In this document: positions 1 to 7,948 of the stretch, piece after piece
How the letters are laid out: every line of letters begins with the position of its first letter
Position numbering within the stretch: the stretch's first letter is position 1
Assembly: GCF_000010625.1 (NCBI RefSeq)
Contig: NC_010296.1
Span: 4,950,001-4,982,000, forward strand
Reading direction: 5' to 3'
Source of the DNA: Microcystis aeruginosa NIES-843
GTDB lineage: Bacteria; Cyanobacteriota; Cyanobacteriia; Cyanobacteriales; Microcystaceae
DNA: 32,000 nucleotides
The notes under the pieces: generated by a model
Told to the model about the DNA's origin: nothing
The model's input: only the letters and a program-made list of their open reading frames with translations
The model's database searches: none
Made by a program: the position numbers and the translations under genes

Positions 1-609
1 ATCAAAATAGTCTTTGATTCTGTCGGTGGATAAATCTCCGATAATCTCCTGAAAAGGTTCCCCCAATCCCAGATAAATTTCTCGTAATTCTCCCGACTCG
101 ATCACAACTCGATGGACAGGAAAAGCATCGATTAACTCATTACTAAACACACAACCCACAAGGGAATTATCGGCTAAATCCGGCCAACTTTGCCAAGATA
201 CCGGGGAATATCCCGCTAAAGTTGCCTGTTGTCTTTCCCTGAGTTTCTGAGATTGTTCGATAATTATATAACTGAGATTTTGATAAAAATCAGCATAGCT
301 ATCACTTAAATAATCAAGGATATCCTTCGCTAAAATCCCCGAACCTGCTCCCACTTCCACTAAAGTAAATCCAGGGGAATTGCCCAAAAATTCCGCCATC
401 TCGACAAATTGCTCTGCCAACAATTGGCCAAAATCTGCCCCTAGGGACGAGGAAGTAAAAAAATCTCCTTTTGAGCCAATTTCTACTTTTCCAGAGGTGT
501 AATAGCCATAATCGGGGTGATAGAGAGCTAAATCCATCCAGCGCTCGAAGCTAATTCGACCCGCTACTGATTGTTTAATTTCCTCTAGGATGATTGCTTC
601 TAAATTCAT
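1..609 (-). CDS. SAM-dependent methyltransferase, DUF185/MidA-like (N-terminal part; ORF runs off the left edge of the window)
   Basis: Absent from the ORF track because it is open at the window edge. Reverse translation from the ATG (complement of 607-609) gives MNLEAIILEEIKQSVAGRISFERWMDLALYHPDYGYYTSGKVEIGSKGDFFTSSSLGADFGQLLAEQF...FTLVEVGAGSGILAKDILDYL. This contains a class-I SAM-binding motif (VEVGAGSG) and a MidA/NDUFAF7-like N-terminus. Confidence 0.7.
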   Translation of the reverse strand, partial: MNLEAIILEEIKQSVAGRISFERWMDLALYHPDYGYYTSGKVEIGSKGDFFTSSSLGADFGQLLAEQFVEMAEFLGNSPGFTLVEVGAGSGILAKDILDYLSDSYADFYQNLSYIIIEQSQKLRERQQATLAGYSPVSWQSWPDLADNSLVGCVFSNELIDAFPVHRVVIESGELREIYLGLGEPFQEIIGDLSTDRIKDYFD

Positions 610-617
610 CTTGATCA

Positions 618-714
618 GGGAATTATGAATTATGAATTATGAATTATGAAATGGGAAGTGGGAATTAGGAATTATGAAATGGGAAGTGGGAATTAGGAAT
701 TAGGAATTAGGAAG
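618..714. repeat. AT-rich microsatellite block (GAATTAT / GGAATTA / GAAATGGGAAGTGG units)
   Basis: Direct reading: gggaattatgaattatgaattatgaattatgaaatgggaagtgggaattaggaattatgaaatgggaagtgggaattaggaattaggaattaggaa. Confidence 0.9.
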
Positions 715-1030
715 GGTGCATCTAACATTTGCAGAAATACCGACAATCAGCAATTATGGCTCTTCGTTACTTGTTATGGTTCGATAGGGGGGCATAAATC
801 GACTAAATCCTTATCTGGCAAGAGACTTAATTGATTAGTTCGCTCTAGATAAAAAACAATTGACAAAAAACGCTAAATGCCTTTCTATATAAGGGTTCCA
901 TCCCTTATAACCCCCGTCCATTGCATAACACAAACCGAAGAGCCGCAATTATCAGTGACTCTTAAATTATTACAGACGTATCAGCAGCTGCGTGTAAGCA
1001 TCCCACCGAAAAACTAATGCGCGGGGGTTT

Positions 1031-1079
1031 GGGGGCGGCGCCACGCCCCCAACGGGGGGTTTGGGGGGTAGAACCCCCC
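1031..1079. repeat. Pair of G/C-run hairpins (GGGGGCG-n6-CGCCCCC and GGGGGG-n5-CCCCCC)
   Basis: Hairpin 1 is gggggcg gcgcca cgccccc at 1031-1050. Hairpin 2 is gggggg tagaa cccccc at 1063-1079. The G6/C6 hairpin style matches the 37-bp repeat at 22.2 kb. Confidence 0.5.
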
Positions 1080-1190
1080 AAAGGCTTGGATTGAGTGATA
1101 AAATCGAAAGTAACGTCCAATTTTAGCCGAGAGTTTCCCCGTAAAAATCCCAACTTGGTAGATTTACAAAAATTAACTTAAAACTTACAT

Positions 1191-1224
1191 CTGATAACTG
1201 ATAACTGATAACTGATCACTGATT
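1191..1224 (+). repeat. (ATAACTG)n heptamer microsatellite abutting the lipA stop
   Basis: ctgataactgataactgataactgatcactgatt read directly from the sequence. Confidence 0.9.
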
Positions 1225-2108
1225 TACTCTCCCGCATGATAGGAACTGCGGACTAGGGGGCCAGATCTAACCTGAGAAAACCCCATTTTTTGGGCAATTT
1301 CTCCCAACTCGCTAAATTCTGCGGGAGTCCAATATTTCTGTACGAGCAAATGTTCCAGAGAAGGACGCATATATTGACCAATAGTAACTCGATCGCAGTT
1401 GATCGCGCGTAAATCTGCCAAAGTCTCGATAATTTCCTCTTTTGTCTCACCGTGACCGACCATTAAGCCGGATTTCGTCGGAATTGACCGATCGATTTCC
1501 TTAACATAACGCAAAACCGCCAAAGAGCGATCGTATTTAGCCCCGCGTCTAACCGGTCCTTGCAAACGGCGCACCGTCTCGATATTGTGATTGTAACAGG
1601 CAGGTTTTGCCCCTACCACCGTCGCCACCCGTTCCTGTTGACTTCCCTTACCTCCAGCAAAATCCGGGGTTAACACCTCAATTAAAGTGTGGGGATTGAG
1701 TTCGCGAATGGCTGTCATCGTCCGCACGAACCAACTGGCTCCGCCGTCTTCCATATCATCTCTGGCTACAGAAGTCAAGACAACGTAACTTAAATTTAAC
1801 AATTGCACCGCTTCTGCCACTTTTTGCGGTTCCTCCACATCGAGAGGCATGGGTGCGTGACCCTTATCCACTTGACAAAAAGCACAGGACCGGGTACAGG
1901 TGGGACCCATCAACAAAAAAGTCGCCGTACCTTGGGCATAACATTCGCCGCGATTGGGACAGCGACCCTCCTCGCAGATAGTATGAATGTTCCTTTGTTT
2001 GATAATGCGCTGAACCGTGGAAATTTCGCTAGATTTGCCGAGCGAACGCCGTAACCAAGGGGGTAAAGAGGTAATTTCCTCGCGCCACTGTGGGGAAATA
2101 TTGGACAT
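1224..2108 (-). CDS. lipA: Lipoyl synthase (radical SAM)
   Basis: 294-aa ORF. It has the radical-SAM CxxxCxxC motif ([10 protein letters not shown]) plus the upstream LipA-specific cysteine cluster ([12 protein letters not shown]), and shows LipA-like sequence along its whole length. Confidence 0.95.
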   Translation of the reverse strand: MSNISPQWREEITSLPPWLRRSLGKSSEISTVQRIIKQRNIHTICEEGRCPNRGECYAQGTATFLLMGPTCTRSCAFCQVDKGHAPMPLDVEEPQKVAEAVQLLNLSYVVLTSVARDDMEDGGASWFVRTMTAIRELNPHTLIEVLTPDFAGGKGSQQERVATVVGAKPACYNHNIETVRRLQGPVRRGAKYDRSLAVLRYVKEIDRSIPTKSGLMVGHGETKEEIIETLADLRAINCDRVTIGQYMRPSLEHLLVQKYWTPAEFSELGEIAQKMGFSQVRSGPLVRSSYHAGE

Positions 2109-2136
2109 GAGAAGTTAAGTAGGGTGTTGGGGATTT

Positions 2137-2206
2137 CAGTTATCAGTAATCAGTTATCAGTTATCAGTGAGGGGTTGGGGTTGGGGAGAGGGGAGAAGGG
2201 AGAGAG
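2137..2206. repeat. (CAGTTAT)n heptamer array followed by a G-rich module (GGGGTTGGGGTTGGGGAGAGGGGAGAAGGGAGAGAG)
   Basis: Direct reading. The heptamer is in the opposite orientation to the array at 1191-1224, so lipA is flanked by inverted arrays. Confidence 0.9.
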
Positions 2207-2313
2207 ACGACCGACTCCCCAAAACGAAAACTTCCTATCTCACCATTAAGATAACTGCTATAAGCTGAGAAAGCGGGTAAAGATCATTGTTAATCAAAAA
2301 GGGAACTTGGGCA

Positions 2314-4053
2314 ATGGGACGACGGCAACGGGGAAAAATTTTCAATCTGGTCATTCAAGGATTGGCGGGTTGCCTCTTGGTTAGTATATTTGTTCTTAAT
2401 TCCCTGCCATCCCTAGGCCAAAATTTTCTAGTTCCATTTGCATCTCCCACGGGGACAAGGATTTTTGTAGCCGGGGATATAGAATATGCTTCCGTGAATC
2501 TAGATGGATTTGCCTTATTTCAGATTGCCTCCCAAGATTTTACCGCTTCTGAGTCCCGGGAACTCTCCCCGGTAGAAAGACGGGCTAGGAGCATTGAAAG
2601 AGGTTTAAATAATATTATCAATCGGGGTTTCGATCCGACAACCCTGCAAGTAAGTACGGCGACTCTCAATAATTTAACCGTGATTGTGGCCAAGGATAAC
2701 CAGAATTTACCGCAACAGGTAATTCTGACAGTGACAGAAGTTGATGCCCTGATCGATTCTTCTTCTGTTGCCGATTTAGCGGACAGATGGGTTAAAATCA
2801 TCCAAACAGCTTTGATCCAAGCTTGGCAAGAACGTCAGCCCGCCCCTCGTCGGCAACAGGTAATGACTGCCACTATAATTATTTTGGGGCTAATTTTCTT
2901 AAGCTGGGTATCAATTTGGTGGCAGAAACGTTTAAGAAATCGCTTCAATCTCCTCAAAAAACAGGCTAAAAGTCAATCCGATCGAAATTTACCTATAAAT
3001 TCCCCCCCCAGAAAAGATCGCTCCCAAGAACCGATTTTAGCCTCTCTAGAAGATTCCTCTAATTTCCGTCAACAGGCCGATATTCAGCGACAACTAACGC
3101 TAAATATTCTCTGGAAAAGACTGGCTCTTATTGGACTGATACTGCTTTGGTTTGCCGGAATAGCGGCGATTTTGTATGTATTTCCCGAAACTAGGCTAGA
3201 AGGACGCGGAATAATCCGTATTCCTTTACAGATTTTTATCATCTGGTTGCTGCTGACATCAGTGAGCAATATGGTTAATCTCTACGTTAATTCCAGACTA
3301 CGGGAGTGGGTAGAGGAAGGAGCGGTTTTTTCGGAAAATTTGGAAAGGAGGATTCTGCGCGCTCCAACTTTATTAGAAGTTTGGCGAGAAATTATCACAT
3401 TTATCGCTATTTTTCTAGGAATTTTGATTTTTTTAGCTTGGATGGGTCTTTCTTTCGCCTTTTTACTCACGGGAGCCGGTTTAGTGGGAGCATTGCTCAC
3501 CTTTGCCTTTCAGGATCTTTTAAAAGATTGGATGAACGGTTTTCTGATTGTCTTTGAAGATCAGTACACTGTCGGTGATATAATCCAGTTTCAGGAGTTT
3601 ATCGGTTTGGTGGAAAATATGAGTTTGCGAGCGACTCAATTGCGGGCCGACGATGGACGTTTAATCACTATTGCCCATAACCAAATTATTATCGCACACA
3701 ACCTCAGTAAAGATTGGGCGCGGGTCGATTTTACCATCGAAGTCGCCTATCAGACCGAGCCAGATGTGGCAATCGCTTTAATGGCAGCCATCGCTGAAAA
3801 TATGGCTGCAGATTCACAATGGCAAGAAGATATCATCAATCCCGTGGAGGTTGCTGGTGTTAGTCGGGTTTCTCACACGGGGATGGAAATTATGCTCAGA
3901 ATTGTCGTCAAAAGATTACGACAATGGGATATAGAAAGAGAGTATCGTCGTCGTCTCAAGATTGCTTTTGAGGAGAAGGGAATTCACATCGGTATCCCCC
4001 AACAAAGTGTCCTCGTAGCAAAAGATAGAGAGGAATTCAAGGGACAGTTTTAA
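2314..4053 (+). CDS. Mechanosensitive ion channel family protein (MscS-like, large multi-TM form)
   Basis: The track ORF is 2287-4053 with a TTG start, and the first ATG is at 2314. The protein has several hydrophobic helices, then an MscS-type core (LLTGAGLVGALLTFAFQDLLKDWMNGFLIVFEDQYTVGDII...GLVENMSLRATQLR..DGRLITIAHNQI). Confidence 0.85.
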   Translation: MGRRQRGKIFNLVIQGLAGCLLVSIFVLNSLPSLGQNFLVPFASPTGTRIFVAGDIEYASVNLDGFALFQIASQDFTASESRELSPVERRARSIERGLNNIINRGFDPTTLQVSTATLNNLTVIVAKDNQNLPQQVILTVTEVDALIDSSSVADLADRWVKIIQTALIQAWQERQPAPRRQQVMTATIIILGLIFLSWVSIWWQKRLRNRFNLLKKQAKSQSDRNLPINSPPRKDRSQEPILASLEDSSNFRQQADIQRQLTLNILWKRLALIGLILLWFAGIAAILYVFPETRLEGRGIIRIPLQIFIIWLLLTSVSNMVNLYVNSRLREWVEEGAVFSENLERRILRAPTLLEVWREIITFIAIFLGILIFLAWMGLSFAFLLTGAGLVGALLTFAFQDLLKDWMNGFLIVFEDQYTVGDIIQFQEFIGLVENMSLRATQLRADDGRLITIAHNQIIIAHNLSKDWARVDFTIEVAYQTEPDVAIALMAAIAENMAADSQWQEDIINPVEVAGVSRVSHTGMEIMLRIVVKRLRQWDIEREYRRRLKIAFEEKGIHIGIPQQSVLVAKDREEFKGQF

Positions 4054-4095
4054 AGGGGAGTGATACTAAATCCTGTTTAAAAGGTATAGGAGAGT

Positions 4096-4135
4096 GGGGT
4101 GTAGGGTGTAGGGTGTGGGGAGAAGGGAGAAACAA
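4096..4135. repeat. (GGGGTGT)n heptamer array plus GGGGAGAAGGGAGA module
   Basis: ggggtgtagggtgtagggtgtggggagaagggagaaac read directly. Confidence 0.9.
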
Positions 4136-4176
4136 TTCATAACTTGAGAGTTAATCACACTATTAAAAACGGATTT

Positions 4177-4204
4177 GTTATCAGTTATCAGTTATCAGTT
4201 ATCA
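4177..4204. repeat. (GTTATCA)n heptamer array
   Basis: gttatcagttatcagttatcagttatca read directly. Confidence 0.9.
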
Positions 4205-4219
4205 CTCCGCATCCTGTAG

Positions 4220-4306
4220 GGGCGAAGCATTCGGATAGAAAATCTACGGTTTCACCGATAGGTTATTGCCCGAATGCTTCGCCCGTACTTTTTGCCGCAA
4301 ACCCTA
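4220..4306. repeat. Long hairpin (15-bp perfect arms) fused to a MITE right-end motif
   Basis: The arms are gggcgaagcattcgg (4220-4234) and ccgaatgcttcgccc (4270-4284), with a 35-nt loop. The hairpin is followed by ctttttgccgcaaacccta, which matches the right terminus of the element at 10129-10346. Confidence 0.6.
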
Positions 4307-4403
4307 AGTAGAAAATTGCCGTCTTTTCACTGATTACTGATCACTGATTACTGTTTGGTAGGCTTAAACTAGGTTAGGATAGCTAACCTAACCTAGAAAA
4401 TTT

Positions 4404-4727
4404 TTAGGAAGCTAAGGCTACCTCGACTATTTGTTGTAGTTCCCCATTTTGATAGAGTTCGATCATAATGTCGGAACCACCAATAAACTGACCGTTGATA
4501 TAGACTTGGGGAATAGTCGGCCAATTGGAATACTCCTTAACTCCTTGTCTTAACTCCTGATCTTGGAGAATATCGACAGTTTCGTAGGAAACCCCCAGAA
4601 TATTGAGAATTTGTATGACGTTATTCGAGAAACCACACTGAGGCATTAATTTATTGCCCTTCATGAACACAAGAACTTTGTTATTCTGGACTAATTGATC
4701 GATTCTGGCCTTAGTTTCGGGTGTCAT
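4404..4727 (-). CDS. grxD: Monothiol (Grx4-type) glutaredoxin
   Basis: CGFS active site ([10 protein letters not shown]) and the conserved [19 protein letters not shown] motif. I prefer the internal start [13 protein letters not shown] (complement of 4725-4727) to the track start at 4763. Confidence 0.9.
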   Translation of the reverse strand: MTPETKARIDQLVQNNKVLVFMKGNKLMPQCGFSNNVIQILNILGVSYETVDILQDQELRQGVKEYSNWPTIPQVYINGQFIGGSDIMIELYQNGELQQIVEVALAS

Positions 4728-4814
4728 AGGTCTAGTAGCTAGAATTTGAGCAAGAATAGCCAATCCTGAGACGTGGCATATCCTATTAGTTTAGCACAAG
4801 CCGTTGGGATAGCT

Positions 4815-6779
4815 TTAAAAAGGAAGGTCTTCGTCCTCCTCCAAACTATCTAAAATTTCGTTAACATCAGGTCTCCCGCGCACGATAGTCATATTTTCCA
4901 GAGACTTATTAACTTTAGTTTCTGCGGCCGAATTTTCCGGCAGTGAATAACCCATATTGACCACTTCACCATCAAAAGATTTCGCTAACTTTTGAGCGGC
5001 CGCCAAAATTTCACTAACATCGACATCTTGATCTAATGTCTCTAAAGATGAATCAAAATTTAAGATTTTTTGGGGCAGTTCTGTGCTAGGAGTTTTTGGG
5101 GTTCCCGATGCAGTGATCTTTGCTTCTTTTTTATCGATAATTGCTTCTTTGACCGGGGGAATATCCACCACGGTCATAACTTTATTTTCGGGAGTTATTG
5201 GTGGGGTTGGTGCGGTTTCCGGTGGTGGTTGTATCCTGGCTGCCGGGGATGGGGAAACTTCCGCAGCCATGGCAGCAGTGGCGGAACCTACCTGTAAATG
5301 AACTTTAATCCGGCGCCGAAAAACTGCCTCGAAAGCTGACTCAATATTAGTCAATCGTAGCCGGGCCATTTTTAATAATTGTTCCGAAGATATACTTAAA
5401 TAAGCGCTCGATTCTTCCATATTAAAAAGACTGCCGTGCTGACGCAAGAGAGTGCGAGTAGTGGGGGGTTCCATTACTTCTAAAACCCGCTGCCAAATTT
5501 GTTCATGATTGTCATCACTGGCAACAGTTTTAACCTCAGTTTTCGGCACTGCGACGCTAGTTGTCGGGGTGATAACCGCCGGTTTGATCGGTTGATTCAC
5601 CGGTGCCGGCGCTGTGATCACTTCAGTGGGCCTCTCGACGCTGGTTTGGGGACGGGAAGGCACTGCCGTGGCAACTAGAGGAATCACCTGTGCTTGTGGT
5701 AAAAGTCCCAATAGAGTGACTTCTAACCAGAGACGGGGTTGAGTGGTGTTTTTTAGTTGCGTTTCGCTGTCTTTAAGCAGTTGTTGACCGCGGAGAATTT
5801 CCTCTAAAGACCAAGTACGCGCTTCCGTACACAATTCCTGCCAAGTGGGAGCAGTGACAGCGACCATTTCTGGACGATTAGGGGCGGTTTTGGCTAAAAG
5901 TAGGTTTAAATAGAACCCTGCTAGATTTTGCAAGACGATTAAAGGTTCCTTACCGCGATTCATCAGATGGCGACATTGTTCGATAACTTGATCGGGAATA
6001 TTGCCATGAATGACTTTAAGTAGGGTTAAGAGGTCTCTTTCGGGGACTGCACCGACCAAATCCCAGACTCGCTCGGCCGTAATCGTTCCTGCGAGTAAAC
6101 TTAATTGATCGAGGAGACTTTCCGCATCCCGTAAACCACCGTTAGCGATCTGAGCCACCAAGGTTAATGCTTCTAGGTTAATATCGATCGCTTCTATTTG
6201 GGCGATTTTTTGCAGGTGTGCCACCATCGCATCGAGAGCAATACGGCGATAATCAAAGCGTTGACAACGGGAGATGATGGTAGGCAAGACACGCTGAGGA
6301 TCGGTGGTAGCAAGCACAAAAATCACTCGATCCGGCGGTTCTTCCAGAGTTTTCAGCAAAGCATTAAAGGCCGCCGTACTGAGCATATGGCATTCATCGA
6401 TGACATAGACTTTATAACGACATTGGACGGGGGCAAATTGCGATCGCTCGATAATTTCCCGAATGTTATCCACACCGGTATTACTAGCGGCATCAATTTC
6501 GATCACGTCTAAAGCGGAACCATTGGCGATCGCTTGACAGACGGAACACTTACCGCAGGGAATCGGTGTCGGATGGTCACTAGACAGACAGTTGAGGGAT
6601 TTGGCTAAAATTCGCGCCGAGGAGGTTTTCCCCGTGCCTCTGGGTCCAGTAAATAGGTATGCAGGGGCGATTCGCTCACTGATTAAGGCATTACTCAAGG
6701 TCGTGGCGATCGCTGATTGTCCCACCAAATCGGCAAAGGTTTGGGGACGATACTTATGATGTAGAGGTTCGTAGGTCAT
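4815..6779 (-). CDS. dnaX: DNA polymerase III subunit gamma/tau
   Basis: The N-terminus reads HKYRPQTFADLVGQ. It has a Walker A motif (GPRGTGKTS), a zinc module (CGKCSVCQAI), a DEAH-like motif (VIDECHML) and an SRC motif (IISRCQRF). Confidence 0.95.
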   Translation of the reverse strand: MTYEPLHHKYRPQTFADLVGQSAIATTLSNALISERIAPAYLFTGPRGTGKTSSARILAKSLNCLSSDHPTPIPCGKCSVCQAIANGSALDVIEIDAASNTGVDNIREIIERSQFAPVQCRYKVYVIDECHMLSTAAFNALLKTLEEPPDRVIFVLATTDPQRVLPTIISRCQRFDYRRIALDAMVAHLQKIAQIEAIDINLEALTLVAQIANGGLRDAESLLDQLSLLAGTITAERVWDLVGAVPERDLLTLLKVIHGNIPDQVIEQCRHLMNRGKEPLIVLQNLAGFYLNLLLAKTAPNRPEMVAVTAPTWQELCTEARTWSLEEILRGQQLLKDSETQLKNTTQPRLWLEVTLLGLLPQAQVIPLVATAVPSRPQTSVERPTEVITAPAPVNQPIKPAVITPTTSVAVPKTEVKTVASDDNHEQIWQRVLEVMEPPTTRTLLRQHGSLFNMEESSAYLSISSEQLLKMARLRLTNIESAFEAVFRRRIKVHLQVGSATAAMAAEVSPSPAARIQPPPETAPTPPITPENKVMTVVDIPPVKEAIIDKKEAKITASGTPKTPSTELPQKILNFDSSLETLDQDVDVSEILAAAQKLAKSFDGEVVNMGYSLPENSAAETKVNKSLENMTIVRGRPDVNEILDSLEEDEDLPF

Positions 6780-6929
6780 GACTGGCTGAAAACTTTTTCC
6801 CCACCCTAGAGACTACTATTATCCTATCCCGATTCTTTTTCAACACGAGAACAAGTGTATGCCTTTTTAAGCTGTTAAGTATTGAAATTGCTTGTTGAGA
6901 TCAGGCAACAGGCAAGAGGCAACATAAAA

Positions 6930-6960
6930 CCCCACACCCCACACCCCACACCCCACACCC
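6930..6960. repeat. (CCCCACA)n array; 3' exon flank of the group II intron when read on the minus strand
   Basis: ccccacaccccacaccccacaccccacaccc read directly. Confidence 0.9.
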
Positions 6961-7745
6961 GTTACAGTAGAGCAGGAAGTCGCCTTCCCACCCCCTGCTT
7001 CAAAACCGGACTTACGACTTTCGCCGTATCCGGCTCCTGAGTAACTAGGCTACTGTCATTAGTAGAATAATAATGGGAATTATTATTTCCTTGTCTATTC
7101 AACCCTCTTGGCTGTATCCCCACCAGACAAGATTGTTGGTTTTAGGGCGTATATGACCGTTGATTGTTGCTTAGACTTCCTAGTTACCCGTCCTTTGTCA
7201 GCATATCTTTGATATTACTCAAAGCCTTGGCTTTTAAGGACATCCTCTCCCTCTATTGACTTGCGGATGGTTTCCTACTGCCCCGAACGGGCAGAGTCAA
7301 TCAGGGTTACTTCGTTCCCTATAACCATTGGTTGAACCCTTAGGATGATACTGTCCACAACAGAGTAACGGGAATGCCTTACTGATAGTGGTATGAGCTA
7401 TCAGCCCCAACTCTGTTAACTTTTGTTTCGAGCCTGTCAGCCTTTTGGCTCGTGGGTGTTGACGATGGTTAATTCGTATCTTCGCCCCAGGGCTATCCAT
7501 AGGTTCTGGCTCAACGGGTTTCTGATTTAGGCTATCAGATACCGCTTTTTTTTCCTCGCTCACTACCTCAGATGTACCAAGTCTAAAGCAGCAGGAAATG
7601 CCGTCACTCTAGGCATCTAGAGGACAGGACTAAGGTTATTACTAACCCGCACCTGTAGGGTTATAAAGTTATCAAGGTACTACATTTACCAAGCGGCTAA
7701 TCCTCTAAACGTCTTACTGTCTAGTTTCTAGCCAACGAATCGCAC
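6961..7745 (-). mobile_element. ORF-less group II intron (self-splicing ribozyme / retroelement lacking an intron-encoded protein)
   Basis: Read on the minus strand. The 5' end is GTGCGATTCG (complement of 7736-7745). Domain V (complement of 7003-7036) is GAGCCGGATACGGC-GAAA-GTCGTAAGTCCGGTTT, giving a 14-bp helix, a GNRA loop, a 2-nt AG bulge and the AGC triad. Domain VI (complement of 6964-6998) is GCAGGGGGTGGGAAG-GCGA-CTTCCTGCTCT[A]CTGT, with a single bulged A 7 nt from the 3' end (...CTGTAAC). The total length of 785 nt leaves no room for an RT ORF. Confidence 0.85.
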
Positions 7746-7780
7746 CACACCCCACACCCTACACCCCACACCCCACACCC
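7746..7780. repeat. (CCCCACA)n array; 5' exon flank of the group II intron when read on the minus strand
   Basis: cacaccccacaccctacaccccacaccccacaccc. On the minus strand this is five exact GGGTGTG-type units that end at the intron 5' splice site. Confidence 0.9.
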
Positions 7781-7861
7781 ATCAGCAAATTTTATCTAGA
7801 CAGGTTTAATGCGCGATTTGCATCACGAAAATGGCAATTTAGCTAAGGCTTGTAATAAATT

Positions 7862-7906
7862 GTATTAATAACTACAATTTGGCCGAGAAAATCTGCCGAC
7901 TATCTT
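7862..7906 (+). promoter_or_regulatory. Candidate NtcA-activated promoter of narB (GTA-N8-TAC box plus a TAN3T -10 element)
   Basis: GTAttaataacTAC lies at 7862-7875. A tatctt element lies at 7901-7906, 25 nt downstream. The site is about 75 nt upstream of the narB ATG. Confidence 0.45.
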
Positions 7907-7948
7907 AAGTATGCCTAAAGACAGCGCCACTAATCAGACCAACTGCTT

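Noticed and set aside
962-1153. 63-aa minus-strand ORF
   Set aside because: It lies over G/C-run hairpin repeats. The Gly/Pro/Arg-rich translation is typical of repeat read-through.
7297-7563. 88-aa ORF inside the group II intron as a possible intron-encoded protein
   Set aside because: It has no reverse-transcriptase motifs (no YADD or RT blocks), is far too short, and overlaps predicted domain I RNA structure including the EBS candidates.
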